Assembly (NCBI GenBank): GCA_016748015.1
Contig: JAAOMT010000003.1
Span: 190,373-254,372, forward strand
DNA length: 64,000 nt
DNA from: Geosiphon pyriformis uo1
Taxonomy: Eukaryota > Fungi > Glomeromycota
Direction of reading: 5' to 3'
The notes beneath the pieces were generated by a model. It was not told the DNA's origin, did not search any database, and was given only the letters and a program-made list of their open reading frames with translations. Position 1 is the stretch's first letter. Each line of letters opens with the position of its first letter. Shown one piece after another: positions 14,181 to 25,341 of the stretch. Position numbers and translations under genes: made by a program.

Positions 14181-15677
14181 CTATTTCCAGCCTTCATTTT
14201 CGCTTTCTTGTACTAAATTTTGGTGCATGAGTTGTGCAAACCCTGAAAATGTACTTCCAGATGTCCCAAAAAATCGACGGCTTTGAGCTACTACCAAAAG
14301 TTCTACCATCGGTATTAAAAATTTTCCCATAGGAAAATTATCTATGGGATTTTTTAGCTCATTTAATGGTGATAATTGTGATGAAAAGTTTGCCAAAGTA
14401 ACAACGCAAGGGAATTTCTCAAAAAATGGAATTAGAATAGGATCATTTGACATGGCATCAGTTGCGATATAAATTAACTGATTTTTCTCAACGCATTTTG
14501 ATAAAGCATGTTGTAATCCTATACCGAGTTGACCATCCTCATTGTGTTTTTTAGGTTGTATTGCTTCATCCAGCATTTTAAGTATTTCTTGTACAGTTTG
14601 TAATCGAGCTTCTTGAAAATTTGAATCCCCAATCCGTAAGTGTACTCCAATAAAACTCAATACACCACCTAATTTTTGCACAATGTCATTAGCAACCTTG
14701 ATAACAACCGGATGCGAAAACACCATTTTCTTCTCGAAGCTTTCTTGAAACAATTTATTTTTAGGTAAGGAAAACATCACCCGTTTAGTGCCAAATACAG
14801 AGCGAAGTTGGACCAATTTCTCAGGACGTGATCTTAGATCACATAAATTCATGACTTCTTTGGGACTTGATTTGTTAAAAATCGAATTAGGAGTAAAATC
14901 ACGAAATATAGGCTTTCGTCGTAAGCTATTCTCCAAATAGAAAATTTCTCTTTCTCGTTCACGAATATTTAAACTTGATTCCAAATTTCGAGGCGAGAAA
15001 TCAGGCCGATTGATCATTCGAACATGATTTTTGATGAATGACATGTCAAATAGTTGATCCCAAGGTAATAGGGTATACGAATAAAGGTTCCGGTAGCATA
15101 TTCGTCTATATTTTTTTTCAAGTAATTCGCATTCTGAGATGTTTTTTGTTGACCGAATTAATTCTGAAATTAATGTCTCTAATTGGGCATTTGCTTGCCA
15201 GCTTACTGATTTGCCCAGTATTATTGGTGGAACAATCAAGGTTCGATTCGTAGACCAAGCTAAAAGAATAGCATTGGTCAAGGAAATTCTTTGATTTGCA
15301 AAACCACTATGTGGGATGTAAGTAATGTATTTTTCTTGAAAGTCATATTCTCGTTGGGGTTGATCTTGCAAGCTCAAGTTTAGAAAAAGGTCTTCTCGAC
15401 ATTGAAGGGCTGGGTATATTTTGGTTTCGGTTGATTGTTCATTTTCATTTGACATTGCATTAATCTTTAGGATTGTTTTATCGTATGAAATCAACAATTG
15501 ATGAGGATAGTCGGCTTCTTGTCTTCCATTATTAATATGAAAACTCATGATCAAACTGAAGAGGTAAAAAATGGAAGAAAAACCTATAATTCCAGCAAAT
15601 AAAACCATGAACTTTTGATTCCTCGCTCGAAATTCGGGCCTTTCGAATAATGGTAACACGTGTACTTTGCTATTCAT
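14181..15677 (-). CDS. GDP-fucose protein O-fucosyltransferase-family (O-FucT) type II membrane glycosyltransferase, 498 aa, intronless
   Basis: N-terminal TM anchor (FMVLFAGIIGFSSIFYLFSLIM); YITYIPHSGFANQRISLTNAILLAWSTNRTLIVPP, FIGVHLRIGD, IYIATD and FFGTSGSTFS are fucosyltransferase GT-B motifs. Confidence 0.85.
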   Translation of the reverse strand: MNSKVHVLPLFERPEFRARNQKFMVLFAGIIGFSSIFYLFSLIMSFHINNGRQEADYPHQLLISYDKTILKINAMSNENEQSTETKIYPALQCREDLFLNLSLQDQPQREYDFQEKYITYIPHSGFANQRISLTNAILLAWSTNRTLIVPPIILGKSVSWQANAQLETLISELIRSTKNISECELLEKKYRRICYRNLYSYTLLPWDQLFDMSFIKNHVRMINRPDFSPRNLESSLNIREREREIFYLENSLRRKPIFRDFTPNSIFNKSSPKEVMNLCDLRSRPEKLVQLRSVFGTKRVMFSLPKNKLFQESFEKKMVFSHPVVIKVANDIVQKLGGVLSFIGVHLRIGDSNFQEARLQTVQEILKMLDEAIQPKKHNEDGQLGIGLQHALSKCVEKNQLIYIATDAMSNDPILIPFFEKFPCVVTLANFSSQLSPLNELKNPIDNFPMGKFLIPMVELLVVAQSRRFFGTSGSTFSGFAQLMHQNLVQESENEGWK

Positions 15678-17406
15678 TTTTTGTGAATTTTATCAGGATG
15701 GTTTGAAGTTGAGTAGAAATTTTTCATATTGAAACACAACGCTTTTTCAAATGATGGTTTGATTTTATAGCCGTCTCATAAACCAAATGATTGATATGAT
15801 GCTATTACATGAATATGCTTCAGTTCAATCAGCTCGAAAGGCTATTAGCGTGGTTTATTCATCTAATTGATTGTCTCTTTTGACAAGTCTAACGATTTAC
15901 TGATTTTTCAATAGTGGTTAAAAAATTTCGAAAATTCTATGATTTATTGTCAAAACAAATAAAAACTATTTTTAAATTTGATTAAGATAAATCATTCTTA
16001 ATAAAGAAATCTTGGTGAGAATAAAATGAGAATGGGATAGCACTTTTACGTCTTTGAGTATAGGGAAAAACTTCAAAAAATTTTATTTGAAATTTGAAAA
16101 ACTAGACTGACTAGCTTAAAATTCCTATTCATCAAATTTATTCTGTAAATCAGGTTTTAACGGTGAATAATAGAAAATACCCTAAGCCAGTTAATATTTT
16201 TTTCATAAAAAAAAAAAGAAGCTGAATCATGAATTTTAGCCAAAATATTCTGCAATCAGTATACAGTTTTCTAAAGTTTTATATAAAATTTTTTCGTTTT
16301 TTTCTTAAAAATTTAAAATGAAGAATCTTCAACCATTGGAACAAATACAGCCTAAGATCTTCAATTCTGTTTCAATTTTAACTTTATTAGCATACATAAT
16401 TTTCCCATTGACAATTTTACAGAAAATAGGTGGCCAGAACAATAAATAAATAATTTTTTGGTAAAAAAGACAATATAATATTATTATATCAAAAATATTT
16501 AATTAATTTTTATACAATTAAATGTATTAAATAAATAAAATGAATTTTGATATAAAAAAATTTATAGCATTTATGAATCAATTTTTTTTTAATAATATTT
16601 TAATCATTGATAATATAAACAATTTTTTTTAAAACCACAAAATATCAATTACTCATTTTTTTAATATATAAAATTAAATTAAAATAATTGAATAAATATT
16701 AATAATATTATATTTTAAAATTAACTAGCAAATACATAAAATCATTTTAATTGTTTTATTGAGATTGAGTCTTTTTTTATTTTCAATTGGTTTCTTAATT
16801 AATATCTTTAAAACTGATTTTTTTATTAATCCATTTTATTATAATCAACTTATTTTTGGTTTTTTTTATATTTTCACTATATTTTTTTATATCTGCTAAA
16901 CCTTTGTTTTTTATTACCATTTAAATATAAAATTATTTTTTTTCAATAAATAATTTATGCAAATTTTAATACAAACTTTTATATAGCTTAATTAATTCTA
17001 AGTGTTTTAAAAGATAATATCAATAAATCAAAACTTCTTATCTCTTTTTTTTGATCCAAATTTATTACTCTACCATATCATGTCAGAAATTAGGCTTTAT
17101 ATTTTAAAGAAATTTTTAAAATAACAGAATATAGAACCTACATATTCTCTTCATTATACACAAGAGTTTAACCCAACAGATTATGCTTTAAAATTCATTC
17201 CAAATCATAATTCTCCAACGAAAAAATGCAATTTTTTAGGCATTTTATCAATCATTATAATTTTAACCAATAAGATTTATTAAGTGGAAGTACATATTAT
17301 GAATTGTGTAATAATTTAGCAGGGAAATTCAATATCTATTTGGATTAAATTGAATGTACCTTTTACTTCAAAGACTTCATAGCAAAAAAATATCGGTCAC
17401 TTAACT

Positions 17407-18458
17407 CTATTTCTCATTTATGATTTCCGAAGCAGCATTTAGCTTTTGAACATAGAATCTGTGAGTTTTGAAAAAGGTACAACGTTCCTCTACCTCTTGT
17501 TTATATACAGAAATTAGCTCTTCATATTCTTGAGTAGTTAGACCCATTGACTGTGAAAGTTCCTGAGTCTCACGAAATAATACAGAGAGGTTCTCTATGG
17601 CCAAATCTCCCACTCTTCCTGCCCAATGACCTAAAGGAATCGATTTTTCATGTTTTTTTATGGCATTAACTTGCCCTGTCTGTTTTAAAAAATTGGGAAT
17701 TTTTTCACTTATTTGACCATTGTATCCTTTCGATTTTAAGTGTTGGTTTACTAAACAAATCAGGTTTAAAAAATTTCATTAACCCAATTCCAAAAACAAT
17801 TCATGAAATTATTGAAAATCTACTCACAGGCATTGGTTAATCGTCTCGTGGAAGGACCATCGCTATAATGTTGAACATCAAATTCAACAATTTCAATCCA
17901 ACCCCCTGGTTTTGTCACTCTAATTAGCTCTTTAATGGCAAAATCTTCATAATCTTGTTCTTTAATATCAGCTAAAAGGAACCTCATATGCACCAAATCA
18001 AAAATATTGTCATTGAAAGGCAATTTTGGGGTTTTCAAAAAATCAAGTTCAATAAAATTTAAGTTTGGTGTAGAGTGATTGGTTGGAAAGAAATTGGAGA
18101 TGTCAACCCCGGTGATCTCAGCTTTAGGATATTCATGAGCAAGTTCTAAAGCCCAGGTGCCAGCACCACAACCCAAATCAAGAACCTTTGCGTCGGGACG
18201 TGAAAGCACTTCACCGACTGGCGAAGAAAAATTTCCTTGCCAAAGAAATCTAATTAAATAGTGTTGAATGTGTAAACGAGGGACTCCATTGATGTCCTTT
18301 GGTATAGCAAATTTTGGATTTTCTTCTCTATAAGCATGCTCTCGACCATTTACTTTCTCTTCAGCAGATTTTCTACGTTCAGAGTCATGGGATTTACGTG
18401 GCTGAATCGATTCCACACAAGGAGTTTTTTCTTCGTGACGTGATTGACGTGAACCCAT
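17407..18458 (-). CDS. Class I SAM-dependent methyltransferase (LaeA-like fungal family), 2 exons
   Basis: ATG at 18458 (MGSRQS...); motif I VLDLGCGAGTW, ITGVDIS, LPFNDNIFDLVHMR, IKELIRVTKPGGWIEIVE. Intron 17751-17827 (GTGAGT...TTTAG) joins in frame through LNQHLKSKG...IPLGHWAGRVGDLA to the 17407 ORF. Confidence 0.9.
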
Positions 18459-19472
18459 GATAATCAAATTAGACCAAAAACTAAAGTTTTGAAGGGTTAA
18501 ATCAACTTTTGGTGCTCTTTAGAATTGATTTGAGAAGGTTAAAAATTTTAGGATTAAGAATTTGAAACTTTTATGAGTGAATAATCAATTCTACTTTGGA
18601 AAAGGAAAAATTGAGAAACTGAATTCTTAAATAGTTTTTGACCAATCGAAGAAAATGCTTTGGATAAAGTTCAGTATGTTATTACGCCTTTATAAACTAG
18701 ATTACCAATATTGTATTCACGTCCATTAAGATCGTGTAATATCAAAAAACCCTGCGGCTTTTTTCACGGGGGACAAAAGAAATTAAAAATTGTCAGAGCG
18801 ATTAGATTAATCAATATTTTATCAATGCACGGTACTATTATGCATTACAATCTTGATTAGATAAATCAATGCAAGGTGTAGGATATTTCCACAACAGGAA
18901 ATTGGGCTTAAATCCTATGACTTGGGCTCTTCTGGGCGGTTTTTAATTCTTTGACTGTGCAGAAATTTTTCCACGATTCAAAAGCGATGGTGTTAATATT
19001 AAATAATCAAAGATATCAATTCAACGAGTAAACGACACATCTTCTAAGTTAACATATCAAGAGCCACCTGCACTGTAGATACTGAAAGACATTTTATTCA
19101 AATAATCTTTGCAATGTTCATTCCCATGAATGGGAGTTTTTAACTTCTAAAACCTTAAAAAAGCCAAATTATTTCCGATATTTAATTCGCTATGAAATAC
19201 AAGTAACTTTTCTTGAATCCATGAATTAATTAGGTCTTTGAAATAGATTTAGGATGCTGGAAAATTATTAAGAAAGATCCGAAACCTAAATCAATTTTTA
19301 TTATCACTGGTCATTTATAATCAGTTTCATGCTTTAATCTAGAAATGGACTAGCTGCTAAGCATTGCTGATAATTTTTTCATTTGCACCAATTAAGGAAA
19401 TTTGGACACTGTGGGATAATAAGATTATTTGCACTAAAACCAATTACAAAATATTAAATATATATTAGTAAA

Positions 19473-20866
19473 CTAAAAATCGGCCAAAATCAAAAGGGCG
19501 CAGCCCCAAAGAATGAACGCAAAGATATTTCCAATATTTTCAGCCCGATGCTCTAACCCTAAAGAACCAGCGCCTGACGAAGTATTCGTAGGTTTTAAAG
19601 ATGGTGTTGTATTAATTTTCACATTAGTAGTAGCTGTGGTACTCGAGGTTTCGGAGTTGGAAGTAGTCAAAGGATCTTGAAGTTCAATTATTGAACTGGA
19701 CGACAAACTTGGGGTAGTAGCTGCCATTCGGATTTTAACACTTGTTGTGACGTTAATTACTTTGCCGTTTTTTGTAGTAGTTACAACAGTTGGACTTGAG
19801 GTAAATGAGAATTTTGCCTTTGGTGTTGGCTTGTTTGAATTTTTTGGCGTTATTTCTATGTATTCATTGGGAAAATTTTTGGTTTTTGATGAACTAGTTT
19901 TTTTGGTCTTGGAAGTGTTTTTTGCAGAAGGTGCCTTAGATTCGTTATGCCCAAAAGACAAAGGGGTCTTAAGCGGGAGAACAGATGCTTTTCCTGATGG
20001 AATATTCGGGAGGGGTGAAATTGAAGGAGATGAATTAAATTTAATTTTTGATGAAAGTGGTAAAACTAAGGCGGGAGTAGGTGAAATTGTTATAGATGAA
20101 TCGGTGGGAATATCGGTTGGAAGGGGCACGATTGATACAGATGAATTAGAAGTTTCGCTGGCAGTTGTAGTTGTCTTGATTGATGCGGTTGAAGTGGATG
20201 TCAATTTTTTTGAGGACTTTGATTTCGACGGCTTGGGCGTTGGCTTGCTCTTCTTTGATTTCTTTGTCTTTGTCACATAAATGGTCTTTGTTATCTTTAT
20301 GACTTTCTGTGTTTTTTTTGTGATAGTTGTTACGGTGCTTAAGACCTTTATGCTTTTCGAAAGACTAGGGCCAGCTGAAGATTGTGTAGGGGAGGTTTGG
20401 GGAAATTCAAGTCCAGTAATCGTTGATGCGGTGCCTGTAACCTGAACGGTAGTAGTTGGAGAGGTTAAAGTTGTGTTCAACGAGGGTTGAGTTGTCGAGG
20501 AGGTGTTGGTGAGGTTGTTTAAAGACACAGCCGCTGAAGAGGTCGTGTTTACTGTGATCGTCGTTGCTGGTGCTGAGGTCACTAGTGTAGAAATTGTATT
20601 AAGTGTTTCTGCAGGACTTTGGACGGTTGAATTTTTCGTATCAATTTTATCTAATGGCTCTTGACGTTTTGTAATTACTCTTTCAAAATTAAAAAAAAGT
20701 TTAGAATCAGAAAATTAAAATATTCAGATCAATATCTTCAGGTATTCACAAACCTTTTGCCTTCAGCTTCAGCACACTTGAAAAGAAAAATTGAAATCAC
20801 AATAGATAAAAAAAGGAACTTGAACGAGAAAAACAACGACATATTTTTTCTTCGTGGCGACATCAT
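19473..20866 (-). CDS. Secreted Ser/Thr/Lys-rich mucin-like protein, probably GPI-anchored; 2 exons
   Basis: Exon 1 (20866-20754) encodes a signal-peptide-like MMSPRRKNMSLFFSFKFLFLSIVISIFLFKCAEA. Intron 20680-20753 (GTTTGT...AAAG) joins in frame (RVITKRQEP...) to the 369-aa S/T-rich ORF. The C-terminus SSGAG + hydrophobic tail IFAFILWGCALLILADF resembles a GPI signal. Confidence 0.8.
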
Positions 20867-23560
20867 TTCATGAGTATTGTTTGAAGAGCTTAAAAAAAAT
20901 TGCTTTCGAAAATGGTCTGTTTTTTGGAAAAGAGTGAAAAACTATTCAATAGTCTTTTCTTGACTTCGCCTACTAGAGGTTAAAGTTTTTGACTTCAAAT
21001 AATAATACAAAATGAAAATATGCGCTGGTTCCAGAACCTCAAAAACGCGACGAAGAAAATTTGCAGCTTCACTTCAACCAGCGTATTTCTAAAGATTTCC
21101 GAAACACATTAATTTTCGCCATAGAAGTAACCTTGTAAATATTTTTGGAACTGATAAATAAATATCGTTGATTATAAATAAACTAATCATGTTTTGATTT
21201 CACTTTTCAGTTGCAGAATTTTGGAATATCAAAGTTTTATCTTCTTTGTTTGACCAGGGCTTATTCACGAATTCAAATACTATCGATTTTTGTTTTCTTC
21301 AAAACTTTTATCTAAATGATATTATCCTCTCTAGAAATATCGTAATGATTTTTTTGTCTCTTAACTGAAGAATTATCAATGTATAGTTCATGATAGATAA
21401 AAAAGTTCAAGGTTTCGAATGTTTCAGCTTCAGAGGTCTCAGTTTCAAATTTTTAATCGTTTAGTTTTGAGGAAATTGTATGGAACTTGCATATCAAATA
21501 ATCCTGGTTTTGAACACCCTTCAAACAAGATGGTTGATGGGGGTTTTTTTGACGATGTGATTATCTGAAGTTTGATTCATTGGATATCTGATATTTGTAA
21601 AAGATTATGATGAAACTGAAACCTAAATAATTTTTAAAACGATCAATTGCCATCAATCCCTGAATTTTTTACTTTCTCGAAATAAAATATGTTTCGGAAT
21701 TTTGCAATCTATATCATAGATCGACATAAAACCAGCTTTAGCTATTTAAAATGTTGAAACCTCAATTAAATGGGAAACATCATCAATGTATAAGTTGACT
21801 TTCTAATTTTTTAAATCAGCATGAAGTCATGTGCAGTGGCTTGGTGGATTGAGTGATATTTTTTTCATCAAATCTGTCCGGGCATTCGTTGTACTCCTAC
21901 TCTTGAACGAGTGCTTTGTGACTAGTAAATTCCGTTTAAAATCATCACTATTGGCTGGCCTCTTTTTTGAAAGCTGTCCTTTCGCCTGCCATGTATATAT
22001 TTTTCGGCCTCTACATTCACCTATCATTCTCCCATATGGTTATTTTGATGGCCGCTTTTTTGCTCTTGCTCCTTTACGTTTTACGACTTTCGTTTTTCAT
22101 GTCAAGTTTCTTGCGATTGTTTTGTATCCAATCTTTTTTCATGCATTTACAACGGTTTAAGCACCCTTTTTTCGTGGAATTGATCACTCAATTTCAACCA
22201 GGCTCAAGTAACATGAGTTTTATCAATAGTGCATTCGCATTTCTTGGACATATGCGTCGTTAGCTTTAGCTGATTTGATTTTTTTCACAATCGCTCTCAC
22301 CAACGCTTTAATTTTTTCAACTATTCATCTTCAGGTCTATAATACTACATATTTTCAACTCCAAATTTTCTTAGCATAAGTTAGTTCGATTGTTCTGTTA
22401 AGTGTGGAAGAAGCATCTGTTGCCCGTTGGAAGCCAGCTAGGGTCCTTATTTGAAGTACAACCCCACTCTAAAAACTACTTGCTTATCTTTGTTTAGGAA
22501 ATGGCTATTCATTATTTCTGTACTTTTTGACCAATAATGAGCAGCTAAAAAAAAGAATTGGTAATATATAAATGTGGACTTGTTCAAATTCAAACCACTG
22601 GCTTTTTTTTCGTTTAAATCACTCAAGATATCCTATAAGTGCAATTTAAAAATATAAAAATCTTTTGCTTTAGCTCTGAGTCAATTCAGAAAATCCAGGT
22701 AGTGAAAATTGATTTATGTATTTCAAGTATGTTAAGATCTAAATCCAATAGTTAACATTTTTGATATTTGTTTTTCCTCTTAAAATAGTAAAACACCTTT
22801 CAAATAAATTGGGAAATTTGCATGTCCTACAAAAATAAAAACCATTGAAAACTTGAATTATATGAAAATTATTGCTAAAGATTCTCTCGAGTTTTTTCTT
22901 GAAAGTACCATGATTGATTTTATTATTATTTTTGCCTAAATCAAGAATATAATGCAATAAGTTTTAATCTTGAAGTTTTATTTAAACCAACAAAAAAATT
23001 ATTTGTCACTAAAAATTATGATGATAGATAATAAATATCATAAATATAATAAATTTTACAAAATATGAAATTAATTAACTTTCTAAACCTAAAGTATAAA
23101 GTTCATATAATATTTGTTTAAGCTTTTAAAGAAAATCGAATCATTAATTTGCTTAAAAATCTTAGCCACAATTTCTAATTTTTTTCATGTTCGTTATTAA
23201 AAAAATTTGTAATCTTGTAAACAGTTGTGAACTCGTATTTTTTTTTAACATCTAGACATTCTGTTCTCAGATAAACTCTTATTTTTAATGGCTTAAGATT
23301 AGACTTGAAACAAATGTTCAATTTTATTCTTCAATAAACATTTTGTCTAGTCTTCAAAATATTTGGTGTTTTTACTCCTTATATTTTAAACATTATTATG
23401 ATTCAAGATTAATAGATCTCGGCAGTCATAAAAACCTTTCAATTATAACTCCTTATATTGGAAATGTAAAAAATAACAGGAATATTTTTGTTTATTTGTT
23501 ATCTCAACAATAATTCTAGCATTTATTAGTCACTTGAAAATATTTATTCAGATTGCAGTT

Positions 23561-23627
23561 GATGGATGGATGGTGGGAGGGATGGATGGATGGTGGGATG
23601 GATGGATGGATGGATGGATGGATGGAT
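23561..23627. repeat. (GGAT)n imperfect microsatellite
   Basis: gatggatggatggtgggagggatggatggatgg... directly visible. Confidence 0.9.
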
Positions 23628-24449
23628 CAGGTAGATAACTGAAAATAAAACTTTTGAATTTGTTTCAGGTTTATTTTTAGATTTTATCAAACATTTTTTT
23701 AAACTAATAGATGTAATATCAACGGGACAGGAATGCGGATTCTTGAAAAACAGAATTATCCAAGAAAATATTTCTTTTTGGTGTATTGACTGATTGAAAC
23801 GTTGGGCCTGAAGCTATAGCTTTATCAAATTTAATTATCTCTTTGATTAGATAAGTAAGATGAGAGACAGTTGAATTCATCGATTTCCAAAAAATTTTTT
23901 TAATAATACCATTTTTGGACTTTTGAAAAGTTCAAAGTTAAATTAGTCAGAAAAACCAGATGGAAAAAGTCAGTGTTTTTCATGAAAGGAATTTTTTAAA
24001 ATCCTAGTAGAAATTTTAATCAAAATATAAACTCAAATAACCTATTAATACATTTGATAACTCGGGCTTCAGCAAAAGGGAATCCAAAATAAACAATATG
24101 TAAAAACAAAAGAAAATATTATAATAATTTTCCAATATCAAAACAATGGAAGCTCAAAATGGTATTTTGAATGATTTTTGGTTTGGAAATATGTATACTT
24201 TTTTGGTACACTAAAAGCAAGTTAGAGACTAGAAATGGAAATGAATTTTGGCTCCCATAATGACATGATAAAATTATGTTTTCCAATTCTTCATTATGAA
24301 AGTTTGTATCTCTATGTTTTTATTCAATTAAGGGATTAAGGAAAATGAGATTACACCATGCGCGTCAAAAAAGTATTTCTATAATGTTAATAATAGAAAA
24401 TTTTGAATAATAATGACCCATTAAATATATATTAATAGAACTTTTAAAT

Positions 24450-25341
24450 TCATTCTTCGTTAACAAAAGAGGCCATTTGGCAATATGTTATTAAAATCCA
24501 AAAAAGAAAACATATACCTAATCAATAATATTAAGTGTATAATGGTTAAAATAGATAAAAGAACTTATCAGAAATAAGAGAAAGGAAATTGAATATTTAC
24601 CAAAAGTGTTTAGATAAAAACTTTCACTCTTGTTAAACGCAAGATTCGATTCATTTGAAATAGCTACAGTATCGGTTGTTGAAACATCAGTTTGCTCAGA
24701 GATCGTTGCAACATTGGTTTCCTCCAAAGTTTTTGAGACATCCGTTTGCTGTAGAGTCGATTGAAGAGTCTCGGATGTTGTAGGTATTGAATGATATCTG
24801 GGAGAATGAACATCTGTAACCTCTATTAATGTTGAGGTGGTGGTGAGTATAGGCTTGCTAAGAGGAATTAGAGAAGAAATTAAGGGAATTGGCAGTCCTT
24901 GAGCTTCATCCTGTAAATAAATTTTTGTTAAAATTCAGATAAATATAAAGGATATCTTCCTATAAAATCGGGAAATAAATTGTAAGATATCTCACTTTAT
25001 CTGGTTCAATGTGATTGCCCTTTTCAAGACCTTAATTACCAAATAAAATGATCTCAGTTTACATTCTTTGATTGAAAAAGCCCATTTTTCTCTCATATAT
25101 TTTTATCGAGAAGTTATGAGAAATTAATTTGTTCACCTTTTTCATTCCATCTTTTATCAAGACATGCTATAGATAAACCGTCATGCAAGTTTTGAATATA
25201 TCTTAAAAGACTATTATTTTCATTTGTAACACAAATTTCAAGCCGGTTTTTTTCTTGATTATATGAATGAACGAAAATTCCGAAAATGTGGGTTAAAAAA
25301 AGAATAAAGAGTAAAAAATTGCTTCTCCAAATTGATTTCAT
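24450..25341 (-). CDS. Small secreted/membrane-anchored Ser/Thr-rich protein of unknown family (3-4 exons)
   Basis: Signal-peptide-like MKSIWRSNFLLFILFLTHIFGIFVHS. Exons 25341-25137, 25030-24996 and 24910-24602 join in frame via GT-AG introns to a T/S-rich tract. Probable last exon 24517-24450 (GICFLFWILITYCQMASFVNEE*); if unspliced, a different hydrophobic tail ends at 24518. Confidence 0.6.

Noticed and set aside
19747-20280. 177-aa hydrophobic + strand ORF
   Set aside because: Antisense shadow of the Ser/Thr/Lys-rich gene.
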